Shown in pieces: positions 39,468 through 48,220 of a stretch of 64,000 nt of DNA. Location of the stretch: assembly GCA_963716175.1 (NCBI GenBank), contig OY970296.1, positions 1,888,001-1,952,000 of the forward strand, in the 5' to 3' direction. The notes beneath the pieces were generated by a model that saw only the letters and a list, made by a program, of their open reading frames with translations, did no database searches and had not been told where the DNA came from. Numbering within the stretch: position 1 is the stretch's first letter; every line of letters begins with the position of its first letter. The position numbers were made by a program, and so were the translations under genes. The stretch is from an uncultured Armatimonadetes bacterium (lineage in GTDB: Bacteria; Armatimonadota; Hebobacteria; Hebobacterales; Hebobacteraceae).

Positions 39468-41603
39468 ATGACCCGAGTACTGTTGGCTTGCCTCATGCTG
39501 GTGGCCCTGCCCTGCGTCGCCTCCGCGGCATTCGAGACGCCTCCCTATCAGCCGCTCCAGATCGAGGCCCAGGTGCCGTCCTACCAGGTGAAGCCGGACC
39601 TGAGCAACATCGTCAACCTCAAGCAGTTCGGCAAGTTCACGGCCGGCCAGAAGTCGCTGCTCGCCAGGCAGGCATTCTTCGCGGCCCCGGCCAATGACAA
39701 GCAGCTCTACCTCGTCTACGAGGACAACGACTACAAGGTCATCCCCAACTTCATCGCGAGCGACACGGTCCTCCAGCTCTACCACATCTTCTATGACTAC
39801 AGCCTGCGGGAAATGGAGGCGGAGCGCCTGATTCCTCTCTGCCAGAAGCTGACCCAGCACATGCTCGCGCAGTCCGCATCAACCTACCACGATCTGCCAG
39901 CGAGTCCTGTGAGGGGCGCCGCCCTCAGGAACGTCGCCTACTTCGGAGTGGGGGCGAAAGCGCTGGGACTCTCCGCCGATCTCCCGCCGGAAGCGCTGGA
40001 GATGGTTGAGCAGGAGTGGAGGAGGATCCTGAAACACGAGGGCAGAGAATCATCGGCGATCTTCCCGTTCTCGGAAGACTACTCGCAGTACGTGCCCCGC
40101 GGTCACTATACCCGTAGCGAGAAGCTGAAGCGCTATTTCATCGCGATGATGTGGTACGGGCGGATCCCGTTCCCGCTGGAGTGGCCAGAAGGCAAGCACG
40201 ACTACGAGCAGATCCGCCAGTCCCTGCTCATTGCCCGCACCCTCTACGAGACCAAGCTCAACGGTAAGCCGGTCATCGAAACCTGGGAGCGCATCTACGA
40301 GCCCACCGTCTTCTATGTGGAGAGCGCGGATGATCTCACGCCGGCGGAATGGCGAGAGACCGCGCTCAAGGTCTGGGGGCGCCTGCCCGGGCCTGCGGAG
40401 CTGGAAGACAAGGCCAAGCTTGACTCATTCTATGAGCTGGCATCGGAGATGCGCGCTCCCGGCATTGCCACCTTTCCGAAGGGCGCTGTGGGACTGCTGG
40501 ACATGCCCACCGGCCCCCAATTCCGGTTCATGGGTCAGCGGGACATACCCGACTCCTACATGCTCCAGCAACTCGTGTTCAGCTACGTGGGTACGACGGA
40601 GAATCGGAGAATCATGCCTTTGGGCATGGACGTATTCTCCGTCCTTGGGTCAGCCCGTGCCTACGGCCACTTGGTGCGCCTCGGCGAAACGAAGTACGCG
40701 CGCTATGACCAGCAGATGAGCAAGCTCAAGGCCGAGTTCGCCGCCAAGCGCGACCAGGACTGGCGCGAAAACCTCTACTGGGGATGGCTCTGGGTCCTCA
40801 GGGGCCTAACGACGCCAGTAGGCGCCAGCAATCCATCCTTCATGCAGAGCGACGCCTGGCTCGACAAGGAGCTGAACTCGGCTCTGGCAAGCTGGGCCGA
40901 GATGCGACATGATACCATCCTCTATGCAAAGCAGAGCTATACTTCCGAGTGCGGAGGAGGAGAGGAGCCGGGGAAACAGCCGCCGGTGCCTAAGGGCTAT
41001 GTCGAGCCAGTCGCAGAGGTCTATCATCGCCTGCTCTGGCTCACTCAGACGACGCGCAGGGGCCTGCGCGACCGAGACCTTCTCACCACCGCGCTCGACG
41101 AATCTTTTGGTCGAATGGAAGACCTGCTCGCCTTTCTGGAACGCGTTTCGCTCAGAGAGCTGGCGAACCAGCCCCTGAAGGCCGGGGAGTACGACCAGAT
41201 CCGTCTGCTGGGCGCGGAGCTTGAGGGCCTCACTGACATGGTTACCAAGGCCATCGGGGGCCAGGAGGGAGAGCTGATCAGCGAGGCCGACGAAGATATG
41301 GCGGTGGTGGCTGATGTGCACACCGCCTTCCCTGATTGCCTGGAGGAGGGCGTGGGCCACGGCAACCACATCTTCGTGGTCGTCCCCATACAGGGTAAGC
41401 TCTATCTCGCCCGGGGCGCCACCTTCTCCTACTTTGAGTTCGATCAGGCCGTCAGCGACCGGCTGACTGATGAGAAGTGGCAGGCGATGGTCTCGTCCAA
41501 GAAAGCCCCCGCGCCGCCCACGTGGACGTTCAGCTTCCTCAGTGACGCCAAGCCCGAGATCCCGGTGCCGAAGCTTCCCCGTACCTCTGGGGGAGGCTGC
41601 TGA
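39468..41603 (+). CDS. DUF3160 domain secreted protein
   Basis: EDYSQYVPRGHYT, YFIAMMWYGR, FRFMGQR, SWAEMRHDTILYAKQ, GYVEP, RLTDEKW. Confidence 0.9.
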   Translation: MTRVLLACLMLVALPCVASAAFETPPYQPLQIEAQVPSYQVKPDLSNIVNLKQFGKFTAGQKSLLARQAFFAAPANDKQLYLVYEDNDYKVIPNFIASDTVLQLYHIFYDYSLREMEAERLIPLCQKLTQHMLAQSASTYHDLPASPVRGAALRNVAYFGVGAKALGLSADLPPEALEMVEQEWRRILKHEGRESSAIFPFSEDYSQYVPRGHYTRSEKLKRYFIAMMWYGRIPFPLEWPEGKHDYEQIRQSLLIARTLYETKLNGKPVIETWERIYEPTVFYVESADDLTPAEWRETALKVWGRLPGPAELEDKAKLDSFYELASEMRAPGIATFPKGAVGLLDMPTGPQFRFMGQRDIPDSYMLQQLVFSYVGTTENRRIMPLGMDVFSVLGSARAYGHLVRLGETKYARYDQQMSKLKAEFAAKRDQDWRENLYWGWLWVLRGLTTPVGASNPSFMQSDAWLDKELNSALASWAEMRHDTILYAKQSYTSECGGGEEPGKQPPVPKGYVEPVAEVYHRLLWLTQTTRRGLRDRDLLTTALDESFGRMEDLLAFLERVSLRELANQPLKAGEYDQIRLLGAELEGLTDMVTKAIGGQEGELISEADEDMAVVADVHTAFPDCLEEGVGHGNHIFVVVPIQGKLYLARGATFSYFEFDQAVSDRLTDEKWQAMVSSKKAPAPPTWTFSFLSDAKPEIPVPKLPRTSGGGC

Positions 41604-41618
41604 TCCTCCGGCGATTGC

Positions 41619-41710
41619 TGTGGATGTCAAGTAGGCTTGGGACACCAGGCTGGGAGTCTGGATCGTGTTCTGCGCCTGACGGATGACAGCAGGACGGTGG
41701 GGGTGGCCGG
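41619..41710 (+). mobile_element. Module C IS-end remnant
   Basis: tgtggatgtcaagtaggcttgggacacc...ctgcgcctgacgg. Confidence 0.6.
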
Positions 41711-41901
41711 GTCGAGGGGACAGGACCGCGGTAGACGCGGTGACGCGCGCCGGGCTGCGAAGTGACACCGGTCGCGGTCGGCAGGGAGGTCAGGCGGCGA
41801 GCCGTTAGCCGGTGATCCGGGTATCGGCGAAGACGCAACCCTCGATAGTGGCTGGCAGTGTCCTGGCTGACTTCTCCGGCCTGCTCCGCTCTTCTTCGTG
41901 T

Positions 41902-42065
41902 GCGACGCCCCCGGGCACCCCCGACTCCGGCTACCCTCGGCTTGGAGTCATTGTTCGGGGTTTCGTCGCGGACCATCTGCTGCCGGCATTCCTAGACACG
42001 CGGCCAGACGCACCCCGGTTGGAGGCGTGATGTCAGGCCGGCTTCACGGGCGTCTGACAGGGGCA
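41902..42065 (+). repeat. Hairpin repeat copy 7 with right terminal arm
   Basis: Core 41923-41949; ends tcaggccggcttcacgggcgtctgacaggggca. Confidence 0.9.
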
Positions 42066-42141
42066 AACAGGTGCTAACATGCGGAGGTTGAGACCGGGCC
42101 CCAACCACCGCACATCACCGACACCACAGTCGGTGGCGCGG

Positions 42142-43206
42142 CTACGGAGTCTTGTAGGCGCTCAGGTCCAACACCACGGGATAGCCGCTGTTTTCCTTCA
42201 GCGTCAGGCTCTTCAGAGCAACGCCCTTGGGGACCGAGAACGCCAGGCGGAACTTGATGGAATCTCCCTGCTTCACGCTTGGCTCGAAGCGTCGGTTTGA
42301 GCTGGCCGGCATGGGGCCGTACTGGATCTCGTAGCTCACCCCATCGGCGTCCTTCAATGCCATTCCCGAGGTAGGAGATCCGCTGCCACCCAGCCCGCTC
42401 GACCCCTCGCCGAAGTACTTGCACTCAAAGGTAGCCACAACGTAATCATTGTTCGCGTCATAGCCTTCGTCGGCGAACGGAGGTGTGGCGAAATCCACCT
42501 TCTCCACCTTGGTGTCGAAATTGCCGGTGGTGTAGAAAACGCCGAACGCGCCGGGAATCACCTTCGCCACCGTCGCTCCCGTCTGGTCGCTCGGATCGGC
42601 ATACGGCGCCGCCAGCGGCTTCACCTTGCCGTGCAAGTCGTAGCGCGCGACCGGCGTGCCCGCGTCCGCGTGGTTGGCCGCCATCAGCTTGGGCACGGCC
42701 CCCTCTCCCGCCACGCGGATGACCGCAAACACTTCGATCTTCTGCGCCGGCTTCATCGCCTGGTCGAGCGTCTTGTGCGTCTGGTCGTCCACCCCGACGC
42801 CCAGGTACTCCTGATTCTTGTTTTGGCTCTTGGCGTCCACCGCGGTCCAGGAGATGGTGCTGTAGTCCACGTGCTGTTCCCGCGGGAGCGGGTTGTGGAG
42901 CGTGTAGTGGATAACAAGGAGCTTCTCCCCTTCGTTGGGCCAGAAGAAGCGGTCCCCTACCTTTACGTGCCCCACCGTGTACTCGGCGCTCTTCAGAGTC
43001 AGGTTCATGGCGTCGGCCTTCCCGAGGGTGTAGGCCTTGCCCAGATCACACCACTCCCCGGGCAACTGGGAGGTGCCAATGGAGCCGAGTTTGGGCTTCG
43101 GCTTCGCCCTGGTCGGGGTCGGTTTCTTGGCCGCCAGTGACGCGGCGGCTGTGCCCAAGAGGACTACGAGCATGAAAAGCGACAGACTGCTACATCGGCG
43201 CTTCAC
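42142..43206 (-). CDS. Secreted hypothetical protein with two DUF4352-like beta-sandwich domains
   Basis: AAGGAG SD plus GTG 43206, signal peptide, two similar beta-rich halves. Confidence 0.6.
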   Translation of the reverse strand: MKRRCSSLSLFMLVVLLGTAAASLAAKKPTPTRAKPKPKLGSIGTSQLPGEWCDLGKAYTLGKADAMNLTLKSAEYTVGHVKVGDRFFWPNEGEKLLVIHYTLHNPLPREQHVDYSTISWTAVDAKSQNKNQEYLGVGVDDQTHKTLDQAMKPAQKIEVFAVIRVAGEGAVPKLMAANHADAGTPVARYDLHGKVKPLAAPYADPSDQTGATVAKVIPGAFGVFYTTGNFDTKVEKVDFATPPFADEGYDANNDYVVATFECKYFGEGSSGLGGSGSPTSGMALKDADGVSYEIQYGPMPASSNRRFEPSVKQGDSIKFRLAFSVPKGVALKSLTLKENSGYPVVLDLSAYKTP

Positions 43207-43257
43207 TCTGTTTCTCCTTTGCCATGTTGATGCCGAACGCACGACTTCGGGGGCCCG

Positions 43258-43358
43258 TAGTGTACCAAGACAGATCTGAGGCATCCAGAAAGCCAAGGGC
43301 CTCGGTTCCTGGGCACCGTCGGGGTTGACTTCTCGGCGCGGGCGCGGCATCCTGCGTG
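43258..43358 (+). repeat. Module D: IS-end-like repeat (inverted copy at 62167-62264)
   Basis: agtgtacca..a.gatctgaggcatcca.a.agcc...cctcggttcctg.gcacc.tcggggttg.cttc. Confidence 0.65.
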
Positions 43359-43502
43359 TCTCGGCCCCCATAGGGCCGTCCTGGGCGGGTTCTGGGCTTG
43401 CGCCGGCTGACTCCCTCCCCTACCATCTGGGGCCGGTAGGCGGTGCCTTCGGGTGCCGCCCAATGCCCAGGCGTCAGCACGCGTGGAGACCATTGCGGAT
43501 GT

Positions 43503-43662
43503 CCCCGTACACCCCCGACTCCGGCTACCCCCTCGGCTCGGAGTCACGGCCCGGGGCTCAGTCGCGTAGCGTCGAGCTGGGGCTCTTCCCGGACACGCGG
43601 GTCACGCCTTTCCGGCTAGCGGCGTGATGTCAGGCCGGCTCCGCGGGCGCTTCACAGGCACA
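43503..43662 (+). repeat. Hairpin repeat copy 8 with 3' half
   Basis: Core 43517-43545; gctcttcccggacacgcgggtcac...gtgatgtcaggccggct. Confidence 0.9.
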
Positions 43663-43956
43663 GCTGGGCTTACCGTCGGGGTGCCGCCCGCGTGCGGCCA
43701 GTTGCTCAGCTAACCTCCGCCGTGCTAGAGACCTCCGAGGCCGGCTTCACGGGCGCTCGACACCCACACCCGGGCCTACGGCGTTGGCCGGCGCCGGCCG
43801 GCGCCGGAATGCTGGCATACCGGGACGAGTACAACAACTACCCCCACAATGACGGCGGGATCTCGGAGGAGGGGCCGTACACCCTCGCGGTGAACGCGCC
43901 GAAGAAGGCCGGGTATTGAGAGGGGACGTCGGGCTCCCAGTGACAATGGGGACAGG

Positions 43957-45198
43957 CTAGGTCCGGTAGGCCTCCCGCAGCGACTCGCTGAAGGCGTTGA
44001 CAGCGTAGTCGATCTCGTCGTTGGTGTGGGCGACGGATTCGTACATGACGGGGTAGGGGATGATGCCGCGGCGGTAGAGGCCGCGGAAGAGTTCGGTCTG
44101 GTACGCGCCCGGGTCGCGGCGGCTGGAGTCGCCAGCGCCTTCGTCCGGGGCGAATATCATCTGCGGGCAGACCGGGAGCCCGACCATGCGGAAGGGGATG
44201 CCCTGGCGGGCTGCCGCTTCGTTGACGCCGGTTTGCAGACGTTCGGCTAGCTGCCAGAGCCGGCCAATGACGTCCTGATCGCGGTAAATGCTGAGCACGA
44301 CTTCCGCGGCGGCGAGGGAAACCGCTTCTCCACCGTACGTGATGGAAATACTGGGCCACTGCTCCATAATATCGCGGCGGCCGGTGACGGCGGCGAGGGG
44401 ATAACCGTTGGCGATGCCTTTGGCGAAGGCGGCGAGGTCGGGGACGACGCCGAAGTACTCGTGAATCCCCCCGCGGCGGACGCGAAACCCGGTGACGATC
44501 TCATCGACGACGAGCAGGACGCCATAGCGCTGGGTGAGCGCGCGGACGTCGGCCAGGAACGGATCGCCCGGGCGCATGGCCGCGTAGTCGCCGGAGATGC
44601 AGACGCAGGCCGTTTCGCTCCCATGGGCCTTGAGGTACTCGGCGTAGGCGTCAGTACGGCCATAGGGAAGATTGACGAAGAGCGCGCGCAGGGCAGCGGG
44701 CTGCGTGTCGTCCATATTCAGGCCCCAGCCGTGGTAGCCGCAGGTGACGACGCGATCCCGGTGAGTGAAGTGGCGAGCCACTCTGGTCGTCGCGTGCATG
44801 GCCTCGCCACCGCCCTTGAAGAAGCGCACCATCTCCGCACAGGGCACGAGATCGATCATGAGCTTGGCGACGCGGCGTTCAAGGTCGACCGGCAGCGACG
44901 TGACGACAACGCGGTCGATCTGCTCTTTTGCGGCTCTGTTAACCTCCGGATGGCAGTAACCGAGGGTGATGGGGCCGCAGCTCAGTCGGAAGTCGATGTA
45001 CTCGTTGCCGTCGATGTCCCAGACACGGCTGCCGTGAGCCCGGTCGATCTGGGCCGGCTGGTCGTCTGACAGTGCTGCAGAGGGGCGCTTGGAGCTTGTG
45101 CCTGTGCCCCAGGGAAGCACCTGGCAGGCCTCGCGGTATTGCTGCCAGGAACGCTGTACTCCATGCTGCCGACTTCCGAGGCGTGACAGACCACTCAT
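43957..45198 (-). CDS. Class III PLP aminotransferase (GSA-aminomutase-like)
   Basis: WDIDGNEYID, LVVDEIVTGFR, PDLAAFAKGIANGYP. Confidence 0.88.
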   Translation of the reverse strand: MSGLSRLGSRQHGVQRSWQQYREACQVLPWGTGTSSKRPSAALSDDQPAQIDRAHGSRVWDIDGNEYIDFRLSCGPITLGYCHPEVNRAAKEQIDRVVVTSLPVDLERRVAKLMIDLVPCAEMVRFFKGGGEAMHATTRVARHFTHRDRVVTCGYHGWGLNMDDTQPAALRALFVNLPYGRTDAYAEYLKAHGSETACVCISGDYAAMRPGDPFLADVRALTQRYGVLLVVDEIVTGFRVRRGGIHEYFGVVPDLAAFAKGIANGYPLAAVTGRRDIMEQWPSISITYGGEAVSLAAAEVVLSIYRDQDVIGRLWQLAERLQTGVNEAAARQGIPFRMVGLPVCPQMIFAPDEGAGDSSRRDPGAYQTELFRGLYRRGIIPYPVMYESVAHTNDEIDYAVNAFSESLREAYRT

Positions 45199-45337
45199 GC
45201 TATCCTCCATCCGGTAATGCCCAGCATAGATGACACCTGATCTCAGCTTCTACTTGAACCTCAAGGCCACCCGGGAGCATGGGTGTCCGCTCCACACGTC
45301 AACAGGGCCGCCGTTCGCCCTCGCAAACTATCCTCGC

Positions 45338-45502
45338 CGACGGCCCCGGGCAGCCTCGACTCCGGCCACGCCCTCGGCTGCGAGTCACGGCCCGGGTTTC
45401 GTCGCGGGTCGTCGAGCGAGGGCTCTTCCCGGACACGCGGGTCACAGCCTTTCGGTTGGCGGCGTGATCTCAGGCCGGCTTCACGGGCGCTTCACAGGCA
45501 CA
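45338..45502 (+). repeat. Hairpin repeat copy 9 with 3' half
   Basis: Core 45358-45386; 3' half near-identical to 43580-43662. Confidence 0.88.
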
Positions 45503-45557
45503 TGGGTGTTCATCTCAGCCCGGCGCCTCTCATGTCGCCAGCAGCCTGCACTGCAGC

Positions 45558-46603
45558 CTAGTCCCAGGCGAGCCCCGGCGCTTGCGGCAGGTTCACGCAG
45601 CCGTCCTCCAGCTTCATCGGAGAATCGGCCGATAGCAGTCCCAGTTCCACGTACAGCGCGTTGGGCAGACAGGCCATCACGTTCATCTGCGCCGCCTCAC
45701 CGCCGTGCGAGGCATAGGGTCGCCGGAACGCGTCCGCCATCAGCCCGATCTGCAGCAGCGCCGTGGGCCCGCCCGCGCGCCGCAGGTCGGGCTGCACGAT
45801 GTCAACCGCGTTGTGGCGCAAGAAGCGTGCGAAATCGTGCTTGGTATACAGGTTCTCACCTGTCGCCACCGGGATGTCAAGCGCTTCGGCCAGTGCCGCG
45901 TACCCATCCACGTCCTGCGCCGGGAGTGGCTCTTCCCACCAGTAGCAGCCCAGGTCCTGGAAGGCCCGGCCTCGTCTGATCGCTTCCGCCGTCGTGAGCG
46001 CCTGATTCGCGTCCACCATGAGCCGCGTCTCGCCACCCACCGCGCGGCGCACCAGCTCGACGCGCTTCACATCCTGCTGCAGCGTTTCGAAGCCCACCTT
46101 GATCTTCACCGCGCGATAGCCTTGTTCGACGGCACGAGCACAAACGCGCTGCACCTTATCATCGGAGTAGTTCAGCCAGCCGACCATGGCATAAGCGGGG
46201 ATGCGGTCGTGCACCGCCCCCCACAGCTTCCAACACGGGACTCCGTGCGCTTTGCCCAGGCAATCCCAGAGCGCGGTGTCGACCGCGGCTATCCCCCACA
46301 TGGCCAGGCCGAACGATCCGTGGTACTCGGTTTCGCGCAGCATCGCCTCGTGGGTGGCCCGCACCATCGTCGGGTCGGTTCCGAGCGCCACCGGCGCGAG
46401 CTCGCGCTCGACCAGCGCCGCCAACGTCTCCGGCCCGCCCACGATGCGGCCGAAGTACACATCTCCTCGCCCCGCGATCCCCTCGTCGGTCTCGATGCGC
46501 ACCTCCACCGTCCCCGCGCCCCCCAGCACCTGCAGTGCATCGCGAAGGGGGTCAGGGGCGGGGGACGGGGGTGAGGCACGGCGTTGATCTTCGTGACCTT
46601 CAT
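45558..46603 (-). pseudogene. Mandelate racemase/muconate-lactonizing enzyme family gene, frameshifted near its 5' end
   Basis: SD plus ATG 46603 (MKVTKINAV) is out of frame with the body (KIKVG, MVDANQ, WWEEP, ATGEN, QPD); span 1046 bp is not a multiple of 3. Confidence 0.7.
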
Positions 46604-46792
46604 CTCCCAGTTCCTCCCAACGCAGCCCCCAGCGCTCGACCATCGTGATGTACTGAAACTGATCTGGGGGTTTCTTCGGCAGGTGCCGAGCGGGACCTGC
46701 CCTCTCGCGTGGTTGGTGGGTCAGGTTTCGGATGGCTCGCGCATCGCCGAAACGGAGTCGACGGCGCCCGGCCACCCCCAACTCCGGCTCCC

Positions 46793-48085
46793 TGTGCGGA
46801 CCGGTTACATGGGTAACGGATGTGCCGAGTACATAGGTAACACTTCTACTCCGCCTTCGGGCACTCCCCTAGTGTCAGGCGTTTGATCACCTGATGGCAG
46901 AAGAGCACCTCCACCAGGCCGTCGATATCAGTGGCGCGCACGGCCACCGGCTGACCGCGGAAGGCCTTGGAAACGGGCAGCAGACGCCCCCCGAAGTGCA
47001 CCTCGCCCCCACGCTGCACCTTGCGCACCGGCAGCCCCGGCGGGTACTGGATCGGCTCCAGCTGCGCGGGGTAGGCGCGCAGGCTGGGCTGGTAGCGACT
47101 TGCCGGCACCTCCAGCGCGAGCGCCTCGTGAGGGCGCAGGAAGTTATATTGCTCCCGCCACGGATCCAGGTGCGCCTGCAGGTGCTCCCCGTCTCGCCAC
47201 TGGTGCCGCGCCAGCAGCTCTCGCTGCAAGCTGCCATGGAAGCGTTCATCCTTGCCCACGGTCTGGGGATGGTAGGGCCGAGAGTGAGTCACGTATATCC
47301 CCAGCCGCATCAGCCACACCGCCAGCGCCCCATATGCGTCCGCGGCCAGATCTCCCCAGGGACCTCCATTGTCCGACAGCATCGCCTCCGGCACCCCATA
47401 GTGCCGGAAAGCGGCCACTAGCGCCGCCTGCACGGAGCACCCGTCCTGCTTGGGCAGCGCCTGCAGAGAGAGGGCAAAGCGAGAATGATCGTCCAGCACG
47501 CTCAGCACGTGCTGGGGACCCGTCTGCGTCGCTACCGGCGCCTTGAAGTCCATCTGCCAGAGGTCGTTGGGCAGTGGGCGCTCGAAACGCACCCAGGGGC
47601 GCTGACCCGCAGGCGAGTCCGCACCGATGAGCGCGTGCCGATGCAGGGTCGCGGTAATGGAGCTGGTGGCTGGCACGGGGTGGAGGCCCTGGTTGCGGAG
47701 CAGCCGGCGAAGCTTGCGGGCTCCCCAGCACGGGTGCGCCTGGCGGAGCGCCACGATTGCCTGCTGGGTGGCTGCCGGCAGTTGCGGGCGCCTCCGGTGG
47801 GGCCGGCGGGAGTGATCCCGCAAGCCCACTTCCCCGGCCTCAGCAAAGCGATAACACCATTTGTAGCCGATCCTGGGGCTGATGCCGAAGCGGCGGCACA
47901 GATCCCGAAACGGCACCCTCCCCTGCTGGGCGAACATCACAAACTCCCGTCGCTGCTGCTCCACGGTAACTGGCTCCCAGGGCATGGCCCCTCTCCTCTA
48001 GGAAGAGATGCATGCCTCTATAGTAACCGCTTGCCCGTTACCTATGTATCCGGTACGAGTGTTACCTATCTATCCAGTCTGTACA
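46793..48085 (-). mobile_element. IS481-family insertion sequence, copy 2 (1293 bp)
   Basis: Same ends and identical ORF translations as copy 1; target duplication CTCCC (46788-46792 and 48086-48090). Confidence 0.93.
46846..47985 (-). CDS. IS481 family DDE transposase
   Basis: 379 aa, identical to 16532-17671. Confidence 0.95.
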   Translation of the reverse strand: MPWEPVTVEQQRREFVMFAQQGRVPFRDLCRRFGISPRIGYKWCYRFAEAGEVGLRDHSRRPHRRRPQLPAATQQAIVALRQAHPCWGARKLRRLLRNQGLHPVPATSSITATLHRHALIGADSPAGQRPWVRFERPLPNDLWQMDFKAPVATQTGPQHVLSVLDDHSRFALSLQALPKQDGCSVQAALVAAFRHYGVPEAMLSDNGGPWGDLAADAYGALAVWLMRLGIYVTHSRPYHPQTVGKDERFHGSLQRELLARHQWRDGEHLQAHLDPWREQYNFLRPHEALALEVPASRYQPSLRAYPAQLEPIQYPPGLPVRKVQRGGEVHFGGRLLPVSKAFRGQPVAVRATDIDGLVEVLFCHQVIKRLTLGECPKAE

Positions 48086-48220
48086 CTCCCCCCTCGGCTG
48101 GAGTCGCTGCCTGGGGTTCGGTCATGGATAGTGGTCAGAACCGCGGGTCATTCTGCACTGGCCCGGGTCAGAGCAAGGCTGCGGCGGTCTCAGGGCGAAA
48201 TGACTACTTCAGGAGGTCTT

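Larger units (their letters stand above)
46766..48116 (+). repeat. Hairpin repeat copy 10, split by IS481
   Basis: aactccggCTCCC|IS|CTCCCccctcggctggagtc. Confidence 0.9.

Noticed and set aside
48008-48220. N-terminal ORF extensions given in the track (also 19124-19378, 59247-59822, 29023-29244)
   Set aside because: They run through IS ends or repeats; better-supported starts lie downstream
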